This document shows positions 35,278 to 44,044 of a stretch of DNA of 64,000 nt, piece by piece; position 1 is the first letter of the stretch; the number at the start of each line of letters is the position of its first letter. The stretch is from an uncultured Acidobacteriota bacterium. GTDB taxonomy: Bacteria > Acidobacteriota > UBA6911 > RPQK01 > JAPXNP01. Under the pieces are notes generated by a model. The model was not told where the DNA came from, made no database searches, and saw nothing but the letters and a program-made list of their open reading frames with translations. Made by a program: the position numbers and the translations under genes. The DNA lies in the NCBI GenBank assembly GCA_963723965.1, contig CAVRSV010000012.1, forward strand, positions 658,675-722,674. The letters are read 5' to 3'.

Positions 35278-35847
35278 GTGACAGCACAGTCGAGGACAGG
35301 AGGAACCCGCGGATCCACACTTCAGCAGCGTCTTCGCGTTCCCTTGGGCTTCGCCTTCGGCCTCGTCTACATCGTCTTCAGCGACCCCTGGACCCCATTC
35401 CTCTGGCCGGGCCTGGGAATCGCACTCGTGGGACTGCTGACGCGCATCTGGGCGGCCGGTCACCTGCGCAAACACGAGGCGCTGGCGCTGTCCGGCCCCT
35501 ATCGCTACACGCGCAACCCGCTCTACCTCGGCTCCTTCATCATGGGACTCGGCTTTACCCTGGCAGCCGGCCGTTTCTGGATCCTGGCGCTCTTCCTGGT
35601 GCTCTTCCTGGCGGTCTATCTGCCGGTGATGCGCGCCGAGGTGCGGGAACTCGAGACCTGGTACGGGGAGGCGTTCCGCTCCTATGCCCGCCGCGTTCCC
35701 CTGTTCGTTCCCACTCTGCGACCCGCCCGGCTCCAGCAGGACCGATCATTCTCCTGGGCCCAGGTGCGCAAGAACAGAGAGTATAATGCTGTAATTGGAT
35801 TCTGCCTGCTTTGTCTGATCCTGCTGGCAAAGCGGTTTTTCGTATGA
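35278..35847 (+). CDS. Isoprenylcysteine carboxyl methyltransferase / PEMT-family membrane methyltransferase
   Basis: RIWAAGH; GPYRYTRNPLYLGS; YARRVPLFVP; start uncertain (GTG 35278). Confidence 0.8.
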   Translation: MTAQSRTGGTRGSTLQQRLRVPLGFAFGLVYIVFSDPWTPFLWPGLGIALVGLLTRIWAAGHLRKHEALALSGPYRYTRNPLYLGSFIMGLGFTLAAGRFWILALFLVLFLAVYLPVMRAEVRELETWYGEAFRSYARRVPLFVPTLRPARLQQDRSFSWAQVRKNREYNAVIGFCLLCLILLAKRFFV

Positions 35848-36698
35848 AGAGTGCCCGAATTTCCGCCGTACTGCTCCTGGTCGTCTGGCTGAGCACGTTC
35901 CACGCCCTTCCCCGCCAGGACTTCCCGCGACTGCTGCAGGAAGGCGTCCCGTACAAGCCGCCTTTTGCGGCGGGCGAGCAGCTGACCTTCGAAGTCAACT
36001 GGAAGCCTCTCTTCTTCATCCCCGCCCTGAAGGCCGGCGAGATCCGTCTTTCCATCGAACAATCGAATTACCAGGGACACCAGACCTACCGCATTCAGGC
36101 GTGGGCGGATTCCGCAGGCACCCTGACTCGGATGGTGGGGTTTCGCGTCCGCAACTACTTCGAGTCCCAGGTGGACCGCCGGACGTTCCGGTCCTACCGG
36201 ATCCTCCAGCAGACCCGTCAGGGCAACCGGCAGCGCGACCTCGAACTGCGTTTCGATTACGACCACGATGAGACCATCGTCCACGAGACCGACCCCTCCA
36301 CCAACCCGCCCCGGGTACTGCGGGATGCCGTCAAAAAGGGCATCCCTTTGCTGCCCGTCGATGTGATCTCCGTCTTCTACGTGGCCCGCGTGCGCGCCAT
36401 CGACCCCGGTGAACAGTTCAGCGTCGATCTGAACGAGCGGGGCGACTTCCGCCAGATCCGCGTGGTGGCCCAGGACACGGAGAAGGTCGACACTCCGGTC
36501 GGCGAGTTCCCATCGCTGCGCCTCAGTACGACGGGCGGCCTGTTCCGGGAGGGCGGAGATTTCCGGATCTGGCTCTCCCTCGATGATCGGCGTGTCCCCA
36601 CCCAGTTCGAAACGGACGTCAAGTTCGGCAGGGTCTACGGCAAGCTGACTCGCCTGCAAACACCGACCTTCAGCCGACGGGTCGTTCGCCTCCCCTGA
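35844..36698 (+). CDS. DUF3108-like secreted protein
   Basis: Signal peptide; PFAAGEQLTFEVNW; EKVDTPVGEF; IWLSLDDRRVP; ATGA overlap with upstream stop. Confidence 0.7.
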   Translation: MKSARISAVLLLVVWLSTFHALPRQDFPRLLQEGVPYKPPFAAGEQLTFEVNWKPLFFIPALKAGEIRLSIEQSNYQGHQTYRIQAWADSAGTLTRMVGFRVRNYFESQVDRRTFRSYRILQQTRQGNRQRDLELRFDYDHDETIVHETDPSTNPPRVLRDAVKKGIPLLPVDVISVFYVARVRAIDPGEQFSVDLNERGDFRQIRVVAQDTEKVDTPVGEFPSLRLSTTGGLFREGGDFRIWLSLDDRRVPTQFETDVKFGRVYGKLTRLQTPTFSRRVVRLP

Positions 36699-36742
36699 AG
36701 TGGCCGGAAACCGCGCCGGCAGTGTTAGAATCACAGTGGCGA

Positions 36743-37113
36743 CAGGCAGAGCGGGTGGTCGCCGTCCGCTTCGGCGGAGGGAGGAAAGTCCGAACACCAC
36801 AGGGCAGCGTGCTTCCTAACGGGAAGGAGGGGTAACCCTACGGAAAGTGCCACAGAAAACAAACCGCCCCGCTTGCGGGGTAAGGGTGAAACGGTGGAGT
36901 AAGAGCCCACCGCTTCGATGGTGACATCGAAGGCACGGCAAACCCCACGCGGTGCAAGACCAAATAGGCTCCATTCGGGGTGGCCCGTCCCGCCACGTCT
37001 AGCGACGGAGATGGAGCGGGTAGGTCGCTGGAGGACCGGGGTGACCCGGCCCCTAGAGGAATGACCGCCACCCGCCTCGCGCGGGTACAAGATTCGGCTT
37101 ACAGCTCTGCCTG
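36743..37113 (+). ncRNA. rnpB: RNase P RNA (bacterial class A)
   Basis: GAGGAAAGTCC, GAAAGTGCCACAGAAAA, GGGTGAAACGGTG, ACAAGATTCGGCTTA; terminal P1 pairing caggcagagc / gctctgcctg. Confidence 0.96.
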
Positions 37114-37165
37114 GCGCCGGCACCCCCATCCGGTCGAATCGGTGGACGGGGGCGAATATCCGGAA

Positions 37166-38209
37166 ATGAAGCTGACGCGACGAGAGTTCTCAAAGCTCGC
37201 AGCCACGGCTTCCTGGGTGGCCGGGGCCGGAGGGTGGCGTATGGACGAGAGTGCCGGGAGTCTGACGGATGTGACCGGAATCCGGGTCGGCCACTTTACC
37301 CACGACCGGCGCCCCACGGGCTGCACGGTCATCCTCACAGGGCAGCCCATGACCGCCGGCGTGGACGTTCGAGGATCGGCGCCGGGCACCCGCGAAACGG
37401 ATCTCCTCGCACCGGTAAACACGGTCAGTCAGGTCGATGCGGTGCTTCTTTCAGGCGGCAGCGCCTTCGGCCTCGACGCCGCCACTGGAGTGGTCCGCTA
37501 CCTCGAAGAACATGGCCGCGGCTATCCCACGAGCGCCGGCCCCGTGCCCATCGTCCCGGCGGCCATCCTCTTCGACCTGGCGGTCGGAGATCCCCGAATC
37601 CGGCCCGACGCCGAGGCCGGTTATCAAGCCTGCGTCGCGGCCGGCTCCTCGCCCGTCGAGGAGGGAAATGTCGGGGCGGGTGCGGGAGCCACCGTGGGAA
37701 AGCTTCTGGGAATGGAACACGCCATGAAGGGCGGGACCGGCTCCGCCGCCTTTCGAGTCGGCAAACTGGTCGTCGCGGCCCTGGCCGCGGTCAACTGCAT
37801 CGGTGACGTCCGCGATCCGGAGACGGGGCGGATCCTCGCCGGCGCGCGCAATCCGGAGGGCGGGGGCTTCGCCGATCTGCGCAAGGTCCTGCGCTCGCGA
37901 AACCTCGCCCCGCCGTCCAGTGCCGCTCAGAACACGACGCTCGTGGTCGTGGCCACCAACGCCGATTTCGACAAGACGGCCATGACCAAGATCGCGAGCA
38001 TGTGCCACGACGGATTTGCCCGCGCCATCCATCCCGTCCACCTGCCCCACGACGGGGACACCGCCTTCGCCCTGTCGACGGGCGAGATTCGGGACTTCAC
38101 GCTGACCCAGGTTGGCGCCCTGGCGGCCGACGTGGCGGCAGCCGCCATCGCCCGGGCCGTCCTGACAGCCCGCTCGATTCCCGGTTTCCCGGCCCATGCG
38201 TCGATTTGA
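37166..38209 (+). CDS. P1/S58 (DmpA-like) peptidase with possible Tat leader
   Basis: ITDV-like SLTDVTGIRVGH; GVDVRGSAPGTRET; LSGGSAFGL; NTTL; DGDTAFALST; N-terminus MKLTRREF. Confidence 0.88.
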   Translation: MKLTRREFSKLAATASWVAGAGGWRMDESAGSLTDVTGIRVGHFTHDRRPTGCTVILTGQPMTAGVDVRGSAPGTRETDLLAPVNTVSQVDAVLLSGGSAFGLDAATGVVRYLEEHGRGYPTSAGPVPIVPAAILFDLAVGDPRIRPDAEAGYQACVAAGSSPVEEGNVGAGAGATVGKLLGMEHAMKGGTGSAAFRVGKLVVAALAAVNCIGDVRDPETGRILAGARNPEGGGFADLRKVLRSRNLAPPSSAAQNTTLVVVATNADFDKTAMTKIASMCHDGFARAIHPVHLPHDGDTAFALSTGEIRDFTLTQVGALAADVAAAAIARAVLTARSIPGFPAHASI

Positions 38210-38237
38210 GATTTGAGATTTGAGATTTTCGATTTGG
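38203..38237. repeat. Heptamer tandem repeat (GATTTGA)
   Basis: gatttgagatttgagatttgagattttcgatttgg. Confidence 0.7.
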
Positions 38238-38364
38238 GGGCGAAGAGCGAAACGGGGAACCCGGAATGACGGTGAAGTCGTGGGATCGGGTGGCCCCCGG
38301 CAGGTCAGGTTCCACCGTGTGATAGGATTCGCAGCCGAAACGGCGGCAGCGCGGACCCAATGCG

Positions 38365-39795
38365 ATGAACATCTACCTGATCGTCCTCCTCGTCTACGGC
38401 GCCGCTCTCATCTGTCTGGGGCTGTTTCTGGCACGCACCGTCCGGGACGCCCGGGCCTTCTTCGTGGCCAACCGTCGACTCGGGCCGGGCCTGCTCTTCT
38501 CGACCGTACTGGCCGCCAATATTGGCGCCGGCTCCACCGTCGGAGCCGCCGGGCTCGGCTACAGCGTCGGCCTCTCGGGCTGGTGGTGGGTCGGCTCGGC
38601 GGGTCTGGGATCCCTGCTGCTGGCCCTGGTCGTCGGCCCGCGCATGCGCCGGATGGCCGCCCGCTTCGACCTGCTCACCCTGGGTGATTTCCTCGAGCAC
38701 CGCTACGGCCCCGAAGTGCGGGCCCTCGTGGCGGTTCTGCTCTGGCTCGGCACGCTCACCATCCTGGCAGGCCAACTGATCGCCTTCTCCTGGATTCTCC
38801 AAGTCGTCACCGGCACCACCAAGTTCGTCGGCTGCCTCATCGGCGGGAGCGTGGTCATCGCCTACTTCGCAGCGGGCGGGCTCAAAGCGGCGGCCTGGGT
38901 CAATCTCCTGCAGCTGAGCGTGAAAGGGGCCGGATTCCTCCTGGCCCTTCCTTTCGCGCTGGCGGCCGTCGGAGGCTGGGAGGGCCTGACAGCCCGCCTG
39001 GCCGGGCACGGATCCGCCTACCTTCGGCTGACCGGTTCGGGCTGGAGCGACGTCTTGCCCTACGTCATCCTGCTGGCCCCCTCTTTCGTGGTGTCTCCCG
39101 GCCTGCTGCAGAAGATCTACGGAGCCCGCGACGACCGGGCAGTTCGCCTGGGCACGGGCGCGAACGCCGTCGCCCTGCTCGGATTTTCCTTCTTTCCCGT
39201 GCTGCTGGGCATGATCGCCGCGGCCCTCTACCCGAGCCTTCCCCACTCCGAACTCGCTCTCCCCACGGTGATTACAGGAGTGCTGCCGACCTGGCTGGGG
39301 GCTCTCCTCCTGGCGGCGGTCTTCTCGGCGGAAGTCAGCTCGGCGGATGCCATTCTCTTCATGCTGTCCACATCGCTGACGAGAGACCTCTACCAGCGCT
39401 TTCTCAAGCCGGACATCTCGGACCGCCGGCTGCTGAACGCAGGTCGGCTTCTGGCATTCTTCTCGGGACTGGCGGGCATCGCGGCCTCCGTCTTCCTGGA
39501 GTCGGTGATCTCGGCGCTTTCCATCTTCTACGGCCTGATCTCGGTGGCTCTGTTCGTGCCCGTTCTGGCCGGCCTCCTCCGATCCCGGCCGGGGGCGCGG
39601 ACCTGTGCCGCCATCATCGTGATCTCCGTCGGATCGGCCGGCCTCTTTCACGCCGCCACATCCGGAGGCTGGGGACCGCTGTCTCCGACCTTCTTCGGAA
39701 TCCTGGTCTCGTTCGCCCTGTTCGGGCTCGCCGCGCGTCGCCGAGATGTCGCGATCCCGTCCCCCGCGAGGCGGCCGTTTCCGGAATCGGAATAG
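38365..39795 (+). CDS. Sodium:solute symporter family protein
   Basis: FFVANRRL; AANIGAGSTVG; YFAAGGLKAAAW; AVFSAEVSSAD; many TM helices. Confidence 0.9.
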   Translation: MNIYLIVLLVYGAALICLGLFLARTVRDARAFFVANRRLGPGLLFSTVLAANIGAGSTVGAAGLGYSVGLSGWWWVGSAGLGSLLLALVVGPRMRRMAARFDLLTLGDFLEHRYGPEVRALVAVLLWLGTLTILAGQLIAFSWILQVVTGTTKFVGCLIGGSVVIAYFAAGGLKAAAWVNLLQLSVKGAGFLLALPFALAAVGGWEGLTARLAGHGSAYLRLTGSGWSDVLPYVILLAPSFVVSPGLLQKIYGARDDRAVRLGTGANAVALLGFSFFPVLLGMIAAALYPSLPHSELALPTVITGVLPTWLGALLLAAVFSAEVSSADAILFMLSTSLTRDLYQRFLKPDISDRRLLNAGRLLAFFSGLAGIAASVFLESVISALSIFYGLISVALFVPVLAGLLRSRPGARTCAAIIVISVGSAGLFHAATSGGWGPLSPTFFGILVSFALFGLAARRRDVAIPSPARRPFPESE

Positions 39796-39978
39796 CCGGC
39801 GGTTCGGCAACGGATGACCGATTCCGGCGGCCACGAAGCGGTCACACGTCAGATGCCTGTCCATCGGCCTCTGCGGTAGGAGTCCGGGGACCGAGGAGGG
39901 CTGAAGTGCGGAATTCTGTCGTCATCCGGTTGGAGACCCGACCGGGGCGGTGTACCATGAGCCGGACGGAGGCCATCC

Positions 39979-40446
39979 ATGAAACAGCTGCGACTCATCC
40001 CGATCTTCATCCTCTTGACGCTGACCGCCCTGCTGTTCGCCGGCACCGATTTCAGCGGAACCTGGCTTCTGAATGCGCAAAACAGTGATTTCGGAATGTT
40101 TCCGGCGCCCGACAAGATGACCTATCGAATTTCGAGCGAGGACTCGCGACTCGTCATCGAATGGGAGTTCAGCGGAACCCGAGGCACGATGACCGGCACG
40201 GCCACCTACCGGACCGACGGCGGCGAGATGACCAACACCTTCGGCAAGCTGAGTCTGACCTCGAAGGCTCACTGGGAGGATGCCGTTCTCAAGGTCAAGA
40301 GCTGGGGAGACATGGGCGATAACCGCCTGGAGTTCAAGGACTCCTTCATTCTCGAAACACCGACCCGCCTCAAGGTCGAGCGCGTCGTCGACGGACCGGG
40401 CGGCACCATGAACCAGCTCATGGTCTTCGACAAGGTCTCCGAGTGA
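39979..40446 (+). CDS. Secreted hypothetical protein (lipocalin-like beta protein)
   Basis: Signal peptide followed by DFSGTWLLN; RBS ggagg. Confidence 0.6.
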   Translation: MKQLRLIPIFILLTLTALLFAGTDFSGTWLLNAQNSDFGMFPAPDKMTYRISSEDSRLVIEWEFSGTRGTMTGTATYRTDGGEMTNTFGKLSLTSKAHWEDAVLKVKSWGDMGDNRLEFKDSFILETPTRLKVERVVDGPGGTMNQLMVFDKVSE

Positions 40447-40451
40447 CCCAC

Positions 40452-40523
40452 ATCGTCAAATCGTCAAATCGTCAAAATCGTAAATCTCAAATCGTAGATC
40501 TCAATTTCCCTTCCCTTCCCTTC
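40452..40523. repeat. Short tandem repeats (ATCGTCAA, AAATCGT/AAATCTC, TTCCC)
   Basis: atcgtcaaatcgtcaaatcgtcaaaatcgtaaatctcaaatcgtagatctc...ttcccttcccttccc. Confidence 0.65.
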
Positions 40524-40560
40524 ACCCCTCGGTTTCGGTAAAATGCACCCTCCTACCGGT

Positions 40561-40637
40561 GGGGACGTAGCTCAGCCCGGAAGAGCGCCTGAATCGCACT
40601 CAGGAGGTCGTGGGTTCGAATCCCATCGTCTCCACCA
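40561..40637 (+). tRNA. tRNA-Ala (anticodon CGC)
   Basis: Cloverleaf: acceptor GGGGACG/CGTCTCC with G3:U70, anticodon stem CCTGA/TCAGG with loop ATCGCAC, TTCGAAT T-loop, encoded CCA. Confidence 0.96.
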
Positions 40638-40753
40638 ACTTTCAGCCCGATCGAGAATGATGCTGGGTAACAAATGGGTAACAGCGAGCGTCAAAGCCGC
40701 GGACTCCTATCCTGACTTCGTCGATGGTAGCGGGTGGCATTTTCATGCTGTTG

Positions 40754-40775
40754 TTTATAGCAAATTTGCTATAAA
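40754..40775. promoter_or_regulatory. Perfect 22-bp palindrome, candidate operator of the toxin-antitoxin operon
   Basis: TTTATAGCAAATTTGCTATAAA directly abutting ATG 40776. Confidence 0.7.
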
Positions 40776-41171
40776 ATGATGATTTGGACCTTCAAACAAT
40801 ACTTCGTCGAACAGAGCGGACGCAGGATTGTGTTCGACTGGCTGACGGAGATGGAGGCCGATGTCGAAATTACTACTGACTTCGAGATGACGCTCCGGCA
40901 TTTGGCCGCTTCAGAGCGTCACCTTTGGCTTAGGCCGGATTTCGCACCGGAGGATCCGCCGATATGGAAGATTCGAATTTCGGGAAACGACAAGGAGTTT
41001 AGGCTCCTGGGTTTTTTTGGGCCGGGGCGCAGAGAATTCACGGTCCTGGCGATCGCTCAAGAGATGGACAGACAACTCGTCCCCAGGAATTCTCTAGAAA
41101 TGGCGAAACAGCGCATGCGGGAGGTACTCGCGAATGGCAGAAGAGCCAGAGCGTTTTGGTTTGAGGAGTAA
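40776..41171 (+). CDS. RelE/HigB-like (Gp49-type) toxin
   Basis: SGRRIVFDWL; IWKIRI...EFRLLGFF; SLEMAKQRM; toxin-first order ahead of an XRE gene. Confidence 0.7.
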   Translation: MMIWTFKQYFVEQSGRRIVFDWLTEMEADVEITTDFEMTLRHLAASERHLWLRPDFAPEDPPIWKIRISGNDKEFRLLGFFGPGRREFTVLAIAQEMDRQLVPRNSLEMAKQRMREVLANGRRARAFWFEE

Positions 41172-41778
41172 GGAACGACTCAGCGACAAATTGCGACGCG
41201 ACATTTACGTGAGGAAGCAGCTTGAGAAGGGGATTCCTTATCAACTTCGGGCGCTCCGACATCAGGCGGGATGGACTCAGCGCGAGCTCGCCGACAGGGC
41301 TGGGACGACTCAGTCCGTTATCTCCCGGATTGAGAATCAAAGAGGTGACGAGATCAGCCTGGCGACGCTCTTGAGATTCGCCTCAGCATTTGATGTCGGA
41401 TTGATCGTGAGATTCGCACCCTTCTCTGAGCTTGTCGATTGGGTAGAAGGACGCCCCAGGCTTATTCGCGGTCTATCTGTGCCGGCATCAATGAAGCCAC
41501 CACCCTTCATCGCGGATCGTCAGTTGACAGCGTCGACCTTCACCGGAGAGGAGTCCCGGCAGCCGGCTCGGTCCACGACAGAGATTCAATATGTGAGCTT
41601 CAATCCTCCGCTCGAGACTGACGCCATCAAGACCGTGGAGCTTTACCGAACCTCCACGAGCAAGGCGCAAAGAACAATGTTCTTCGAGACCATACCAATC
41701 AGCGACAGGGACATCCGTCTAGAGCTCGACGATCTGGCCCAAACGCAGTATACAAAACTGGCTGAAGAGGTTGCATAG
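41134..41778 (+). CDS. XRE helix-turn-helix (HigA-like) antitoxin with long C-terminal extension
   Basis: LRALRHQAGWTQRELADRAGTTQSVISRIEN...SLATLLRFASAFD. Confidence 0.8.
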   Translation: MAEEPERFGLRSKERLSDKLRRDIYVRKQLEKGIPYQLRALRHQAGWTQRELADRAGTTQSVISRIENQRGDEISLATLLRFASAFDVGLIVRFAPFSELVDWVEGRPRLIRGLSVPASMKPPPFIADRQLTASTFTGEESRQPARSTTEIQYVSFNPPLETDAIKTVELYRTSTSKAQRTMFFETIPISDRDIRLELDDLAQTQYTKLAEEVA

Positions 41779-41781
41779 CCT

Positions 41782-42102
41782 TTGGAGACTAATAAGATGA
41801 CCGAAATCAAGGGAAGAGAGCCCAAGAAGACCGGCGCGGAAACAACGAAGAGAAAGGTCACGCAAGCAGAGGACTACAGGTCTATCTATTCGAACGGCGT
41901 TCAGTTGTCGATTAGCAGCTGGGACGTAAGGCTGCTATTTAGCGAGGTGGCTCCATCTATCCAGACCGGAGAGACGGTGCAAGAGGCGAAAGCCTCAGTC
42001 GTCATGTCGCACAACCATTTTGAAGCGATGTTGGGAGTTCTGAATCGAACATGGGCCAAGCATCTCGAGGAAGAGACGGCCGCGGATTCCGGGCGAAGTT
42101 GA
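41782..42102 (+). CDS. DUF3467-like small protein
   Basis: IYSNGVQLSISSWDVRLLF...ASVVMSHNHFEAMLGVL; starts 3 nt after the XRE stop. Confidence 0.65.
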   Translation: METNKMTEIKGREPKKTGAETTKRKVTQAEDYRSIYSNGVQLSISSWDVRLLFSEVAPSIQTGETVQEAKASVVMSHNHFEAMLGVLNRTWAKHLEEETAADSGRS

Positions 42103-42805
42103 CCAGTGATTCCGAGTGATGTTGACCCCTTTTGGGCGGTGGCCGGGAGAGTGGTCAGATGTCGGAACGGTGGTCAAGATGCCCGGAATGGTGGCCACGT
42201 TCCCCGGAATCGGTGGACATGATGGCGGAATCGGAGGTAAGCGGCGCTGGATAACCGCCGGTAAGGTGGACCTCCTGAGGAAAGGAGGTGCCGATGCCGG
42301 CCAAGAGGTTATCCATGCGCAAGACCCGAGAGATCCTGCGACTGAGGTACGAACTGGGGCTGGGGAAACGGCAGATCGCCCGCAATGCCCATCCCGCACA
42401 GTTCGGTCATCAGGACCCGAGACGGGCGAGGCCGCCGAATCGGCTGTCCCCCCGAGGAGCTCGACGACGAAGAGAAAAATCGGCGACTGAGAGGCCCGGC
42501 GCTCGCCGACGGCTGCGCCGCTGCCCGATTGGGCTTCGATCCACGAGGAACTGCGTGGCCACAAGCATGTCACCCTGCAGTTGCTGTGGCAGGAGTAAAA
42601 GCGGGCCCACCTGGAGGGCTACCAGCACAGCCGCTTCTGCGAGCTGTACGCGGGCTGGAAGAAGAAGCTCGACGTCGTCTTACGCCAGGACTACCGGGGC
42701 GGAGAAAAGCTGTTCGTCGATCATGCCGGAGCTACGGTGCCGATCAGCGATCCGAGGACCGGGCAGGTGCGGCCCGCCTACCTGTTTGTCGCCACGCTCG
42801 GAGCA
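42081..42805 (+). mobile_element. IS21-family remnant: left end plus truncated, frameshifted istA
   Basis: End-like repeats cgcggattcc...gttgacc...gattcc...gttgacc and several CGGAA(T/C)GGTGG units; ATG 42294 MPAKRLSMRKTREILRL; HVTLQLLWQE*K (TAA 42596); GEKLFVDHAG; LFVATLGA then abrupt end. Confidence 0.85.
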
Positions 42806-42898
42806 GTGTCAGTCTCCACGGTTATCCTGGAGCCGCTTCATTCTTCAGATCCTCTTTTGGGAAGAACGGGGTCCGTCTTCGGCGGGCCCCGTCGCAGG

Positions 42899-43318
42899 CT
42901 ATGCCTCCCCTCCCTTGAGGACACTGTGCCAGGCCCCCCACTCCACCTGATTGCTCTCGAGCCCGAACCAGGCGAGGGCCTTGCTCTGGTCCCTGAAGAC
43001 CGCGAAGACATCGTCGGGCAGTTGGTAGATGGACTGAAACTGGCGGGCAATTCCGAATTCGAGATCCCCGGGGGCCACAATAACCATCTGCGCGCGGGCG
43101 ACGGGCGGGACAAGATGCGAGAAGACCTGGGCCGCCTCGGTGCCGTCCGATGAAGGATCGGTTTTCGAGAACTCGATCATATGGTCGAAAGCGCTGTCGA
43201 AATCCGGGTCCTTCTTGAGCTGGTCCGAATAAGCGCGCAAATCTATGGCATCGGTCTGGTTATCGATGATGGTGTGGACCACCTGCAAGTTGCGGTGGAT
43301 CCGGTAGCGGATACACAT
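42899..43318 (-). CDS. STAS/SpoIIAA-like small protein
   Basis: C-terminal part of the 520-aa ORF: IVAPGDLEFGIARQF...VFRDQSKALAWF; start placed at ATG 43318. Confidence 0.6.
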   Translation of the reverse strand: MCIRYRIHRNLQVVHTIIDNQTDAIDLRAYSDQLKKDPDFDSAFDHMIEFSKTDPSSDGTEAAQVFSHLVPPVARAQMVIVAPGDLEFGIARQFQSIYQLPDDVFAVFRDQSKALAWFGLESNQVEWGAWHSVLKGGEA

Positions 43319-43609
43319 GGCTGGGCTCCCAACGACGGATTGACGAGTCGACTTCTCAGGTGTGAAAAGTACGGCCCGCGCGCCGGCAACGTCAATGACT
43401 TTCGGCAATACCGAAACGAGTCGGGTGTACGTGTGCTCACATGCGGGCACGGACGAATCTGGTCGAATTGGATTCGGTTCGAAAGCGGGGCGTTCCGAAA
43501 ACGAGAAGGGCCATGAGTCGGCACCGGAGGCCATCGCCAGGCGGAGTCCTGGGACGACTGGCCCCACGCCCTCGAGGCGTGACCGATCTTCATGAGAATG
43601 GAGGGAGAA

Positions 43610-44044
43610 ATGGGAGATGCACGGCGGGTCTATGGAGTACGGCGCCACACCGAGAGCGGACAGCGCGTGAAATTCTGCTGTGATTTCGAGACCGAGGAGC
43701 GATTCGGCGATCGCTTCGATGTCTTTCACGTCCCCATTGCTGCGCACGGGTTCAACGAGGTCGTGGATCCTTTCCTCGCCAAACTGGTAGAACAGAGCGA
43801 GAACCACGACTGGGAACTGTTCCGCTTCCGGGTCCCAGATCGGGAAGTCGACACTGAAGTCGTCTACTCGGGTCGCATGCATCTGGCCGTCTTCGACGAG
43901 TTCGAATCGGAGCGCCGAAGCATCGGCACCGCAGATTCCGATGAACTGGCGGCGGTTTGCGAAGGAAAGGTCGTCGCCAAGGCGCTCAGCATCGAGGGTG
44001 CGGTGGCGAAATTCCTGAACCAGAAACTCGGCTCGAGGCAGTAG
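43610..44044 (+). CDS. Hypothetical protein
   Basis: RBS ggaggg before ATG 43610; protein-like composition; family not recognised. Confidence 0.6.
   Translation: MGDARRVYGVRRHTESGQRVKFCCDFETEERFGDRFDVFHVPIAAHGFNEVVDPFLAKLVEQSENHDWELFRFRVPDREVDTEVVYSGRMHLAVFDEFESERRSIGTADSDELAAVCEGKVVAKALSIEGAVAKFLNQKLGSRQ

Noticed and set aside
36731-37165. ORFs overlapping 36731-37129 and N-terminal extension of the 36980 ORF
   Set aside because: Region is the RNase P RNA gene
42596-42598. In-frame TAA in istA as a readthrough site
   Set aside because: Surrounding frameshifts and truncation show ordinary pseudogene decay
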